From a virus (taxonomy: Duplodnaviria > Caudoviricetes), in IMG/VR virus record IMGVR_UViG_3300017978_000027, positions 1-28,830 of that record: a stretch of 28,830 bases of DNA. One strand, given 5' to 3'. Made by a program: the position numbers and the translations under genes. The stretch's first letter is position 1. Each line of letters opens with the position of its first letter. The notes under the pieces were generated by a model. The model saw only the letters and a list, made by a program, of their open reading frames with translations. It did no database searches and had not been told where the DNA came from. Below, piece after piece: positions 16,712-25,696 of this stretch.

Positions 16712-17647
16712 TTAGGTAATGTCAGCGATGATGCCGTGAGCAGCTTCGTTAGACACTTGCAAGGTGTATTCCACCAGCAATTGAGTCATTTCAGCGTCAC
16801 CAGTTTTTGCCAATTCGTTTGTTTGGAATGGGCGCAGGTAAGCAACAGAAGCCATATCTGGGTCAACGATAAACGCCACATCAGTTGTAGTGATGAAACG
16901 GTTAGGCACAACAGAGATAGAACCGAAGTCGCTCATGTAAACGTCAGCAGCACCGATGATGGTCGTAGGAGCATCAGCAGGAGCCATGTAACGCTGTGCA
17001 GCGATACCAGCAAAGGCAGACACAACTTGCTTGTGGTTAGGGCGAACCATCAACACTTTTGGCGAACCGCCAGCAGTGTAGACTTCTGCAACCACAGTCT
17101 TCAAGATGTCTTCAGTGAAAGTACGGTCAGTACCAGTGGTACGGGCTGTTGAGCCAGAAGCGCCAGCAGAGCCGCCTGAACCGAAGTCACCGTTAGTTGC
17201 CAACCATGCTTGCAAGCCACCCAATTTACGGGCAGTAGAAGCGTCACCAGCAGAAGATGCTTGGTTGCTCAACAAGATGGCTTCCATGTCGCGCTTAACT
17301 TCAGCAGAGGCTTTAGCCAAGCTGTAAGCCTTTTCAGACTTACGACCAGCTTTGTCCACAGCATCCAAAGTGCCAGAGACTTTGACAGTCTTTTGGCTGA
17401 TCTGGGTGCGGTTGCCAGCGCGGGTTGTAGGAGACATAGTTGCATCAGATGCAGCAGCGCCTTCAACAGCGAAGTTAGAAGTGTTGACCGAAGCCAAGCT
17501 GTCAGTTTGCCACTCGTGGTAAGTAGCAGTGGCTTTGCCCTTGCCGATAGACGAGATGAATGGGGTGTCAGTTGGGCTGATGTTATAAATAACGTCAGAC
17601 AGGTCTTCGCGCTGACCAATAGCGGTGTAGGTTTGGTAGGTTGCCAT
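16712..17647 (-). CDS. Major capsid protein (SU10/DUF5309-like, HK97 fold)
   Basis: GQREDLSDVIYNISPTDTPF, HEWQTDSL, NRTQISQK, SDFG, LAKTGDAE; biased codon use; follows the scaffold. Confidence 0.9.
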   Translation of the reverse strand: MATYQTYTAIGQREDLSDVIYNISPTDTPFISSIGKGKATATYHEWQTDSLASVNTSNFAVEGAAASDATMSPTTRAGNRTQISQKTVKVSGTLDAVDKAGRKSEKAYSLAKASAEVKRDMEAILLSNQASSAGDASTARKLGGLQAWLATNGDFGSGGSAGASGSTARTTGTDRTFTEDILKTVVAEVYTAGGSPKVLMVRPNHKQVVSAFAGIAAQRYMAPADAPTTIIGAADVYMSDFGSISVVPNRFITTTDVAFIVDPDMASVAYLRPFQTNELAKTGDAEMTQLLVEYTLQVSNEAAHGIIADIT

Positions 17648-17660
17648 GATTCAAGTTTCC

Positions 17661-18611
17661 TTATAAGAATCGTTCAAATGCGTTTGCAGCGTCACGAACT
17701 TTACCAGTTCGCTTCAACTGCGCCAATGTGTTTTTTTGCTGCTCTGAGGCTGAATTTCGTGGCGTTGATGTTCCAGCCTTCATCATCTTCGGAGCTGCTT
17801 CCACCTTTTTGGCGATTGAAGGCTTATTGCTCTGAAGTTTTGAATACTTCATGCCATGATACAAACTCAAAACAGCACGAGAGTCGTACAACCCTGCAAG
17901 CTCTTGGTCACTCCATCCGATTGACTTTGCGTAATCGCGAATGTCTTTGCGGATTTGGTCGCCCTCTTTAGGGTTTCCGTAACCTGGGATAGCTGACGTA
18001 AGTTTCTGACTTTCTTCAGCGAGATGGCTTTGCAGGCGCTCAGATTGCTCGGCTTGTTGCTGTTGGGCAATGCGTTGCTGTTCTTGTTGCAGGACTGCTA
18101 ACTGCTTCTCTCGTTGGTTTTGTTCAGCGACTTTAACGGCATAGCCGATTGGGTCAACTTCTTTCAAAGCCTCAAGATTTTCACCTTTGTTTTGCTGATT
18201 CAGGAATTGTTCCATCATCTGCAAGCGTTGGGCGTACTGGTCTCTTAATTTGTTTGCTTCTGCGATCTTTGTGCGTTCAGCTTCAACGACACGCTTATCT
18301 TCAGAGAGCTTTTGGGTTTTCTTTGTGTAGTCTTGACCTAGTTGGTAGCCCTCAATAAGCTGCTCAAGAGTAACTTCACGTTCTTCGCCAGCCGCTTTGA
18401 CCTTAAAAGTGCTAGTTTGCTCTTGCTCTGCTTCTTCAGAATCCACCAACTCAGCTTCTGACTCGCCTTCAATGACTTCTTCGTCTTCGGTTACTTCTTC
18501 TGGTTGGCTGGTTTCAGCGCCTTCGTCAGTACCCATCATGCCGAAAAAAGCATTTGCAGCTTGATTCACATTTAACGATTCACTACCCGTAGGTGTCGTG
18601 GCTTCGCTCAT
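17661..18611 (-). CDS. Capsid scaffolding protein
   Basis: Acidic N-terminus, KVKAAGEEREVTLEQLIEGYQLGQDYTKKTQKL, Q-rich coil, LKRTGKVRDAA tail. Confidence 0.85.
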   Translation of the reverse strand: MSEATTPTGSESLNVNQAANAFFGMMGTDEGAETSQPEEVTEDEEVIEGESEAELVDSEEAEQEQTSTFKVKAAGEEREVTLEQLIEGYQLGQDYTKKTQKLSEDKRVVEAERTKIAEANKLRDQYAQRLQMMEQFLNQQNKGENLEALKEVDPIGYAVKVAEQNQREKQLAVLQQEQQRIAQQQQAEQSERLQSHLAEESQKLTSAIPGYGNPKEGDQIRKDIRDYAKSIGWSDQELAGLYDSRAVLSLYHGMKYSKLQSNKPSIAKKVEAAPKMMKAGTSTPRNSASEQQKNTLAQLKRTGKVRDAANAFERFL

Positions 18612-18658
18612 TTTCTACCCAAGTTGTCAGTCAATCCGTGACCACGGTGTAAGTTTCC

Positions 18659-18889
18659 TTACAGAATCTTCCAGCGCTTTTTGACAATCTCGCTTGTAGC
18701 GGCAATTGATTCAAAGTGCGCGATAACTAATTGTAATGCGTTTATCTTGGAATACGCAACTTCTCGTTCTTCCACCTGATTAGGCAATGAATAAACGATA
18801 GTCTGCAACTCTGCGTTCTTTAGGGCTTCAAGTTCGCCCATAAAGAATTCATCGTTAAGCAGATTTTTGGCTAGTTGCGGCTTGTCCAA
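18659..18889 (-). CDS. Small head-module protein
   Basis: AKNLLNDEFF...EEREVAY; upstream of the scaffold; start uncertain (TTG 18889 or GTG 18898). Confidence 0.65.
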   Translation of the reverse strand: MDKPQLAKNLLNDEFFMGELEALKNAELQTIVYSLPNQVEEREVAYSKINALQLVIAHFESIAATSEIVKKRWKIL

Positions 18890-19721
18890 GGATTGCACTC
18901 ACGATCTGGTTAATGTCAACGGGCGTACCCATTGGCGTTTGTTGTTGTCCTGATGCAAATATATCATTGAATGACACATTTGGTTGTTGGCTAGGCAGGT
19001 TTTGCCACTGTGTGCCACCAAGCATATTCTGGTTGCTAAAGATCGAGTTTAGATCAATCGGCGCAGAAGGTGCGGCATAAGTTGGAGATTTCCACTCAGC
19101 AGGAATATCAACTTGTCCAAATCCTGTTGAGCCACCACCACCACCGCCACCACCGCCAGTTCCACCAGACAAACCAAGCGGGTCGCCAGTTAAAGCATTA
19201 ACTAAAAGGCCAGCCTTTGCATAATCCATTAACGTCATGCCAGCAGCTTTAGCCGCGGCAACTTGCGCTGGAGTCGCAGATGCGGCTGCGGCGGCGGCTG
19301 ATTGCTCTGCCGCAATCATTGCATTAGCTTCTGCTGCTGTCATAGCGCCAGCCTGTTCAGCCGCGATTGCGGCATTTGCTTCGGCTGCTGTCATACTAGC
19401 GCCAGCAGATGCACCAGCTTCAGCAGCGCCAGCTTCAGCCGTAGCAGCAGCAGCTTGCTCGGCAGTCATCACCTCACCAGTTGAACTGAAGTAAGCTCCA
19501 ATTTCAGGCGCGTAATAAACGCCTGCTGCAATCAAAATTACTCCAGCCCAACCGCCTGGCACGTTTTCGTTTACAAAATCGTCAAGGCCAGCTAACTCAT
19601 CGTTTACAGGGCGAAGAATCTCATCATCTATTGCAGAGCCTACATCAGACACAGCGTCTACAACGCCTTGTCCTGCATCACCAATGTCATTCACCAACCC
19701 GCCAACAAATCCACCGCACAT
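18855..19721 (-). CDS. Ala/Gly-rich protein with MCGG N-terminus and TM segment; putative virion/ejected protein
   Basis: Amphipathic acidic N-terminal helices, GGWAGVILIAAGVYYA, MTAAEANAxIAAEQ repeats, poly-Gly linker. Confidence 0.65.
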   Translation of the reverse strand: MCGGFVGGLVNDIGDAGQGVVDAVSDVGSAIDDEILRPVNDELAGLDDFVNENVPGGWAGVILIAAGVYYAPEIGAYFSSTGEVMTAEQAAAATAEAGAAEAGASAGASMTAAEANAAIAAEQAGAMTAAEANAMIAAEQSAAAAAASATPAQVAAAKAAGMTLMDYAKAGLLVNALTGDPLGLSGGTGGGGGGGGGSTGFGQVDIPAEWKSPTYAAPSAPIDLNSIFSNQNMLGGTQWQNLPSQQPNVSFNDIFASGQQQTPMGTPVDINQIVSAILGQAATSQKSA

Positions 19722-19722
19722 A

Positions 19723-20160
19723 TTAGACCTCTTTCAAAGTATTAAAGCCAACCGTCTTAAATCCTTGACTTTCATAGAATTTAGACACTCGTTCAATGTT
19801 TCCGACACCAGTAGACTGCCCGATTTGAATGTAGTTCACACCTTTATCTTCAGCCCACTTTGTATATTTTTTAACAAGTTTTGATGCAATCAAACCACCT
19901 CTGTGAGATGGCTCAACATATAACAACAAATCTCCAGAAAGCAATTTTCCTTTAAAGATTGGATGCTCGTATGTGTAAGCAATGAACAATGCCACAGGCT
20001 CTACGTCATAAACAACAATCGTTAAAAACTTGTCGCTTTCTACAATCTTTCTAACGCTCTCATCACAAGCAATCATGTCAGAGAAGACGCTTTCATCTAA
20101 AAAATTAGATAAAAGTTTAGCCACATCTTTTACATTGTGGCTTGCCTCTCTGTATTCCAT
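19723..20160 (-). CDS. GNAT-family acyltransferase
   Basis: LLYVEPSHRGGLIASKL (acyl-CoA motif A), WAEDKGV, KFYESQGF. Confidence 0.85.
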   Translation of the reverse strand: MEYREASHNVKDVAKLLSNFLDESVFSDMIACDESVRKIVESDKFLTIVVYDVEPVALFIAYTYEHPIFKGKLLSGDLLLYVEPSHRGGLIASKLVKKYTKWAEDKGVNYIQIGQSTGVGNIERVSKFYESQGFKTVGFNTLKEV

Positions 20161-22244
20161 TAGCCTGGGATTTCCACGTTAGATGTAATGCCTGCGCCAA
20201 CCTTCATGGCCTTCAACCGAGCTTCAGCCATGAATTCTTCTTCTCTCAACTGCATCTTTGCGGCTGCTTTCTCACGCTCCAACTGAATCTGAGCCGCGTT
20301 CTTTTCACGCATCAACTGCAATTCAGCAATAGCTTTTTCACGCGCCAATTGAATGTCAGCTTCAGCCTTCATCTGTTGTGCCTGAATGTCAGCCTGCGTC
20401 TTAGCCATGTACGCTTGAATTTCAGGCGGCACAGGTGGCTGCTGCGGTTGTTGTGGCTGACTCATCATCTGATCTTGTTCAGGTGTAATGGCCTTGTAGA
20501 ACTCAGCAGAATCTTTGAAACCAGCGGCTTCAACCATACGGCCCAATGTATTGCGGTACTGACCCATAGAAACTAGCGGGTTAGCTGGCCCCATTTGCTG
20601 AAGCACTTGCTCTTGTTTGGCGAGAACCATGTTCAACATAGCCATTTGCTCTTGGCGATTACCAGCGCCGAGGCCCACGTTAATGTCAACATCGTACTGG
20701 TTAGACCACTCACGAGGGTCAAAAGCTGTGTAGTTACCGCGCATACGAACGATACGAGGCTTGTCTTGGTACTTACAGAGAAGATGCAAGATGCCTTTGA
20801 ACAGCTCTTTAACGCCTGTCTCAGCAAAGATTCGAGCAATCATCTCAATCTTGCCAGCAGCACTTTGTTGCATAGAAGCAACAGCGGCGGCGGTGACGTT
20901 TTGCAGGATAGATGGGTCAAGACCTTGGCTTGCTTCGGTCACGCCTGTGCGCTTTTGTTGGATTGAATCCAAGTATTGCAGCATTGGGAAAGCCTGAGAA
21001 GCCACGTTTTGCACTGCCAACTGTTGCACAGCGCCAGCAGACTTTACGCGAATTACACCACCAGCGGTAGATGTAAGCAGGTCATCCATGTTTACTTGAC
21101 CGTCAACAGCCGTAACGCGAGCGTTGTTAGTCAGATACAGGTTATCAAGAATCTGGCGTGTGATGGTTGTTTTAATCAACTGAATGTCAGTTGTACGATC
21201 TGCTAAAGATTGACCAAAGAACTTGTGTGGAACTGGAATAGGGCAGATTGAGTAGAACGGCACATAGTCACATTCTTCATCGCTCAAAATGTCATTGCCA
21301 GCATAGAACACTTGGCGCAGTTCAGCGATACCGTCATCATCCATATCGCACTTAACGTAGCACTCAAAGACTTCAACCGTAGTCATTGCCTCATCGCCAC
21401 CAGCCAAGTCTTCAGCCAATTCACCATTGGAGAAACGAGCCAAATGCTCTGGTGTGTACGTTAGCGCACTAGAAGAAGGCAAGCCTGTTACTACGTCTTC
21501 ATCAAATCCCATAGCGATCAAGTCGCTGCGGGTCATCAATCGGCGGTGAGCAACAAAAGGCGAATCTTCGATTGTCTTGGCTCGTTTAGAGATCAGGAAT
21601 TCTTCAGGTGGCACGTTCTCAACGACAACGCGACCAGACTTAGACTTTTTGCCAACCGTTACGCTGAAAGACTTGTAAGTGACGGGCTGACCCATCTGGT
21701 CAAGCACTTCGTTGCCTTGAGGGTCGAGCAAAATATTCTCTACTTCATCCTTGTCAACAACTTCCATTGACTTATCGGACAAAAGCATTGCAAGCTCATC
21801 TTCAGAAAGATCGCGGTACTTTTCTTTCCGCACATCTTCTTTGTCTTCCCAATAGGCTTTGACCACGCCAACCTTTTGCAGCAGCGCGTCTTTGAACCAG
21901 TTGTGAAGAATGATCGTGCCTGAGTTATCGCGGTTAAACACCCAATTGACGTACTCAGTCGCTTGTTTAGCGCCAGCTTCATCATTAGGGCCGCGAGGGT
22001 CAAAGCGAACAACCTCATCCGAGGCTGTGAAGATTCGCACCAAAGGCGGCAAAGCGCCATCAATGGCCTCTGCAACCTCGCCAGTTACGATGCTGGACTT
22101 GCCTTCAATCTCGTTGCCGTAAGGATTACGAAGGTATGCCTGCAACGCCTCTTGGCGCTGTTGGGTTGTTTCTGTTTCTAAGAATCCGAGGCTACCGTCA
22201 ATCTCGGCTTGGATTATCGACTTGAGTTTGTCTTGGCTCATCAT
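20160..22244 (-). CDS. Portal protein (P22/SU10-like)
   Basis: 694 aa; WFKDALLQKVGVVK, ENVPPEEFLI, PHKFFGQS, C-terminal coiled-coil barrel. Confidence 0.92.
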   Translation of the reverse strand: MMSQDKLKSIIQAEIDGSLGFLETETTQQRQEALQAYLRNPYGNEIEGKSSIVTGEVAEAIDGALPPLVRIFTASDEVVRFDPRGPNDEAGAKQATEYVNWVFNRDNSGTIILHNWFKDALLQKVGVVKAYWEDKEDVRKEKYRDLSEDELAMLLSDKSMEVVDKDEVENILLDPQGNEVLDQMGQPVTYKSFSVTVGKKSKSGRVVVENVPPEEFLISKRAKTIEDSPFVAHRRLMTRSDLIAMGFDEDVVTGLPSSSALTYTPEHLARFSNGELAEDLAGGDEAMTTVEVFECYVKCDMDDDGIAELRQVFYAGNDILSDEECDYVPFYSICPIPVPHKFFGQSLADRTTDIQLIKTTITRQILDNLYLTNNARVTAVDGQVNMDDLLTSTAGGVIRVKSAGAVQQLAVQNVASQAFPMLQYLDSIQQKRTGVTEASQGLDPSILQNVTAAAVASMQQSAAGKIEMIARIFAETGVKELFKGILHLLCKYQDKPRIVRMRGNYTAFDPREWSNQYDVDINVGLGAGNRQEQMAMLNMVLAKQEQVLQQMGPANPLVSMGQYRNTLGRMVEAAGFKDSAEFYKAITPEQDQMMSQPQQPQQPPVPPEIQAYMAKTQADIQAQQMKAEADIQLAREKAIAELQLMREKNAAQIQLEREKAAAKMQLREEEFMAEARLKAMKVGAGITSNVEIPG

Positions 22245-22386
22245 TTACCTTTGCTGGCCTGCCCAACTTAGGGCGTTGCTCCGATTGTAACGACTTTACA
22301 AGATTTTCAAGCTCTGTAACACGGTTTTGTAAAAGTGCAAAAGCACGAGCATCAATCAGGTTTCCCTGTTTCATCATTAGTTGCAT
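22198..22386 (-). CDS. Small coiled-coil protein with AT-hook-like motif
   Basis: TGATG overlap with the terL stop; RPKLGRPAK. Confidence 0.55.
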   Translation of the reverse strand: MQLMMKQGNLIDARAFALLQNRVTELENLVKSLQSEQRPKLGRPAKVNDEPRQTQVDNPSRD

Positions 22387-23645
22387 CAGACTACCCATTT
22401 CGCTGGTTGGTTAATAGATTTACCCCAAGTAGACGTAGATTCGTCTAACCCGATGGCAAGGTAACGGAAAGCGTCACTTGCGTGTGACGACCAATCGTGT
22501 AGTGGGCGCTCAAAGTAGATTTTGCGCTTTTCATCATAGGCTCTGCGGTAATTCTTCAGCGCGTTCAAGCCAATCTTGACGTTTGGCACGTTAAACCAGC
22601 ACCTTGGCAGAATCCTGCGAACAGCTTGAATACCGTCATCAACACCCATGCGAGGCGCAATCTTGATATTTAATCCTGCGTCTGTCAGCATTTCCATGCG
22701 GCTTTTACCTGTCCCAAGCTCTCGAACCTGTACGTCATGCGGCAAGATATGCTCGGCTTTGTCGTAATTGTTGTTCCGCAGCCAGGTGACGTAGTTATCA
22801 AGGCCAACGCCATTGTTCTCGTAATAGTCAATCAAACGAATCTCTGAGCCTGCAATCTGAGCCACCCAGATAGCCGTACTGTCCCCCATGCCTAAGTCCC
22901 AAGCCGTGACCAGCTTACAAAGGTCATCCCTTGGAATCTCTTGAACGTGTTTCTTTTCCTCTAGATCGTTAATCAACGAGCCATAGTAAGAACCCTCAAC
23001 AGCGGCGTCAAACGAACACTCAAACTCTTGTAGGTACTTATCGTCACCCATCTCAGACATAGCAGCCTTCAGCTCTGATTCAGCAATCACTTGAGTTTCC
23101 GATGCTTTGAACTCAAGCAAACCCCAATCGTCTTCTTTTTCTGCTCTGTCTCGCAGTTCTTTGAAGTGATTGTGGCCTTTAGGCGTTCCGATAAATAAGC
23201 ACCAACCAAGTCGGTCTGCAAGTGCAGGTCGAACAATGTCAGTCCAGATTTTTGGGTTTTGGTCGCCGATTTCATCAAGAATCACCCCGTCAAAGTATTG
23301 ACCGCGAAGGCTCTCAGGGTTGTCTGAGCCGTACAACTGGATACGTCTGCCCCAGAAGTCAACCCGTAGCTCTGAGATGTTTTCAGTCCCGCCCATTGGC
23401 ATTGCGTACTTCACAAGGTAATCCCACGCTACCCGCTTGGCTTGTCCGTAGGTTGGAGCAATGTAGGCGTAGCGAGGCGCTTCTTTGCCATTAAGGATTG
23501 CAGCTTTAATCAAGTGATTGATAGCCGAAACAGTCTTACCCATCCTTCGATGAGCCACCACAACCGAAAAACGCTTTTCGTCAATCAGGTCGTGAATTTC
23601 AGATTGTTGCTCCCTTGGCGAGTAGGGAATGACTATTTCGCCCAT
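22386..23645 (-). CDS. terL: Terminase large subunit
   Basis: Walker A HRRMGKT, Walker B GVILDE, IGTPKG, nuclease AWDLG and HDWSSHASDAFRY. Confidence 0.96.
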   Translation of the reverse strand: MGEIVIPYSPREQQSEIHDLIDEKRFSVVVAHRRMGKTVSAINHLIKAAILNGKEAPRYAYIAPTYGQAKRVAWDYLVKYAMPMGGTENISELRVDFWGRRIQLYGSDNPESLRGQYFDGVILDEIGDQNPKIWTDIVRPALADRLGWCLFIGTPKGHNHFKELRDRAEKEDDWGLLEFKASETQVIAESELKAAMSEMGDDKYLQEFECSFDAAVEGSYYGSLINDLEEKKHVQEIPRDDLCKLVTAWDLGMGDSTAIWVAQIAGSEIRLIDYYENNGVGLDNYVTWLRNNNYDKAEHILPHDVQVRELGTGKSRMEMLTDAGLNIKIAPRMGVDDGIQAVRRILPRCWFNVPNVKIGLNALKNYRRAYDEKRKIYFERPLHDWSSHASDAFRYLAIGLDESTSTWGKSINQPAKWVV

Positions 23646-23923
23646 GTAACCTTCATCTCAATTGGGCCATCGTTATCACCAACGTGTTCAGTACGCGCCA
23701 ATTTGGGAATGTGATACTCAATCGCTCTGAGATATAAGTCAGCAGCTTTTGCGGGGTCTGGTCGGTTTCCACCTACGCCCATAGCAACGTCATCAAGCCA
23801 CTCTTGCAGTTTATGGGCGTTACCCTCTGCGAACACTGCGATCGCCTCTCTAACGGCTGCTGTGGCCTTATTAGGGCTACCTTTGGGGCGACCACCACCG
23901 ATATTTTGAGTTTGTTTATTCAT
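23633..23923 (-). CDS. terS: Terminase small subunit
   Basis: GGRPKGSPNKAT, EYHIPKLARTEHVG..GPI; overlaps the terL start. Confidence 0.75.
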   Translation of the reverse strand: MNKQTQNIGGGRPKGSPNKATAAVREAIAVFAEGNAHKLQEWLDDVAMGVGGNRPDPAKAADLYLRAIEYHIPKLARTEHVGDNDGPIEMKVTWAK

Positions 23924-23967
23924 TTGTTTACCAATTCCTTACGGCTCGTTGGTTAGTTGATATAACT

Positions 23968-25086
23968 TTAGTCTAACAGATTTGTCCTAGGAAACCATTG
24001 TTCATAAGGTTTGTCGTTAATTTCAAGAATTTTGTATAACGAAGGGTCGTAGGTTACATAGTTGACTGAGCCTTGAACATCTGGCGAATTGTAGATCAGG
24101 CCAGGGATGCCGCGCTTCTTCATTGCCTCTTGAATGTTTAAGCCAGTAACGTCTTGAGCAATCAGCTTTCCAACAATGTCGCCACCAAGGTCTGTATCTG
24201 CCAGCCCTAGCTCTTTTGCAAATGCTTTAACTTCTTTTGATTGCTGTGAGATAGGGTTATCGTATTGCAGCATTGAAGGCAGCGCCTCATCTGCAATATC
24301 TAACTTATACAAATAGCTTTCTTTCGGGAAAGTGTCTATCTTGTCAATGATGCTTGATGCCTTCTTTGCAAACTTCTCATCGTAGTCACCACTGTTTACA
24401 AATGTTTCACGCAAGTTCTTTGGGCTTTCATGAAGCATTGCAGCCTCTAAAACTTCCATAGAATCGTAATCCTGCTTCTTTTCAGCAGCTTTATACAAGC
24501 CCATTAGCTTTTCTTCATAAACAGGGTCTCTAGGCGCATATTTGCCTTCTGCTTCACGTTTTGCAGCAGCAGCATAAGAACCACGAGTGTAGGCATATCC
24601 TTGCTCTGGAGTTCTTGTAACGTCAAACTCAGGAAACAACTTTCCGCTTCCATGCCATGCTTGAATTGGTCTGACAGAGCCTTGGCTCAAGTCACCCAAC
24701 AACTGAGCTGGCAGACCGCCACGCTCCATGACTTGCGGAACAACTCTTTCAGCCAAACGCTCACCAGCACGACCAGCTGCCATTGCGCCACGCTCTACAC
24801 CACGACCAAGCAAACCAGCAGTAGGAGCCACGGTCATTGCGGCTTCCATTACTTCTGGTCGGATTTGTGTAGTCATGCCGCGACCAGTAGTCATTGGCTC
24901 ACCGTAGGCAATTCTTTCGGCTGTCTGCTGTACCGCTGGAACTCCTAAAAGATTCATCAGCATCTCAGCAGGCGGGTTGGAGTACCCAAATGGCTTGGCG
25001 GCAAATCCTTGCGCCTGCTTTAGACGCTCGGCAAGCAGCCCCATTAATGGGTTTTCTTGTGGGGTTGCACCGATATAGTCAGCCAT
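23968..25086 (-). CDS. Protein with a C-terminal ADP-ribosyltransferase-like (polyvalent-protein type) domain
   Basis: AWHGS..F.EFD, G.AYTRGSY.A, YLYKLDI, L.YDNPISQQ, GIPGLIY, NYVTYD. Confidence 0.65.
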   Translation of the reverse strand: MADYIGATPQENPLMGLLAERLKQAQGFAAKPFGYSNPPAEMLMNLLGVPAVQQTAERIAYGEPMTTGRGMTTQIRPEVMEAAMTVAPTAGLLGRGVERGAMAAGRAGERLAERVVPQVMERGGLPAQLLGDLSQGSVRPIQAWHGSGKLFPEFDVTRTPEQGYAYTRGSYAAAAKREAEGKYAPRDPVYEEKLMGLYKAAEKKQDYDSMEVLEAAMLHESPKNLRETFVNSGDYDEKFAKKASSIIDKIDTFPKESYLYKLDIADEALPSMLQYDNPISQQSKEVKAFAKELGLADTDLGGDIVGKLIAQDVTGLNIQEAMKKRGIPGLIYNSPDVQGSVNYVTYDPSLYKILEINDKPYEQWFPRTNLLD

Positions 25087-25259
25087 TACTTCATCCGTTT
25101 TTTCATCATCTTGGCAGCTTCAGAGATGGAGATTGCCACTGCCTGCTTTGGGTTTGTGACGACTTTGCCACCTTTGCCTGAATGAAGCTCGCCTTTTTTG
25201 TACTCCCCCATCACTTTTGCAAGTTTGGCGTGAGCAGCTTTATTGAGCTTAGTTCCCAT
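25086..25259 (-). CDS. DUF6496-like small basic protein (not in ORF track)
   Basis: MGTKLNKAAHAKLAKVMGEYKKGELHSGKGGKVVTNPKQAVAISISEAAKMMKKRMK; overlaps both neighbours by 1 nt. Confidence 0.8.
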   Translation of the reverse strand: MGTKLNKAAHAKLAKVMGEYKKGELHSGKGGKVVTNPKQAVAISISEAAKMMKKRMK

Positions 25260-25675
25260 CAGTCTTCTTCCTTCATCGGCTCAGATTTTTCCCACTGGCG
25301 ACAGACGCGAAGCGTGTGACAAATGAATGTATATTTATTACAATAACCGCGACCACCACCGTCTTTGTCAAATTCGTCTTGAGGCACGACTTCCATAGCC
25401 TCTAGGGTTTCTGGTTGGTCATCAAAGTATTCGCAATTAGCGCACAGCTTGCGTTTTGCTTGATCTGGAGAGATGCGCCAGACGTTAGCTAGACCACGCC
25501 AGAATTCGCCATTTGCTTCAGCCGTTTTGATTGGGCCAAGCATTTGCGTTTCCACCAAAGTGTCGCGTGTTTTTTTGTTTGATTCTGCTGTCAAGCCTTC
25601 GATAACGGGCTTTTCTGCCTCGATTTCCTCGATTTCAATCTTGATTTCAGCAGCAGGGGCGAGTAAGCCAGCCAT
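25259..25675 (-). CDS. Cys-cluster (HiPIP-like) metal-binding protein
   Basis: CANCEYF...GRGYCNKYTFICHTLRVCRQWE; GAAAGG SD. Confidence 0.62.
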   Translation of the reverse strand: MAGLLAPAAEIKIEIEEIEAEKPVIEGLTAESNKKTRDTLVETQMLGPIKTAEANGEFWRGLANVWRISPDQAKRKLCANCEYFDDQPETLEAMEVVPQDEFDKDGGGRGYCNKYTFICHTLRVCRQWEKSEPMKEED

Positions 25676-25696
25676 ATAGAGCCTTTCAGTTAAAGT

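Noticed and set aside
16691-16720. Programmed frameshift or read-through extension of the capsid protein
   Set aside because: Tandem TAA TAG stops followed closely by a terminator; no downstream domain to fuse
18636-18649. Short palindrome CCGTGACCACGG before the scaffold gene
   Set aside because: Too short, no U-tract and no second copy found; cannot support a function
8770-25181. Long plus-strand ORFs opposite structural genes (e.g. 17210-17971, 11819-12286, 8770-9213)
   Set aside because: Antisense shadows of codon-biased genes with no recognisable motifs
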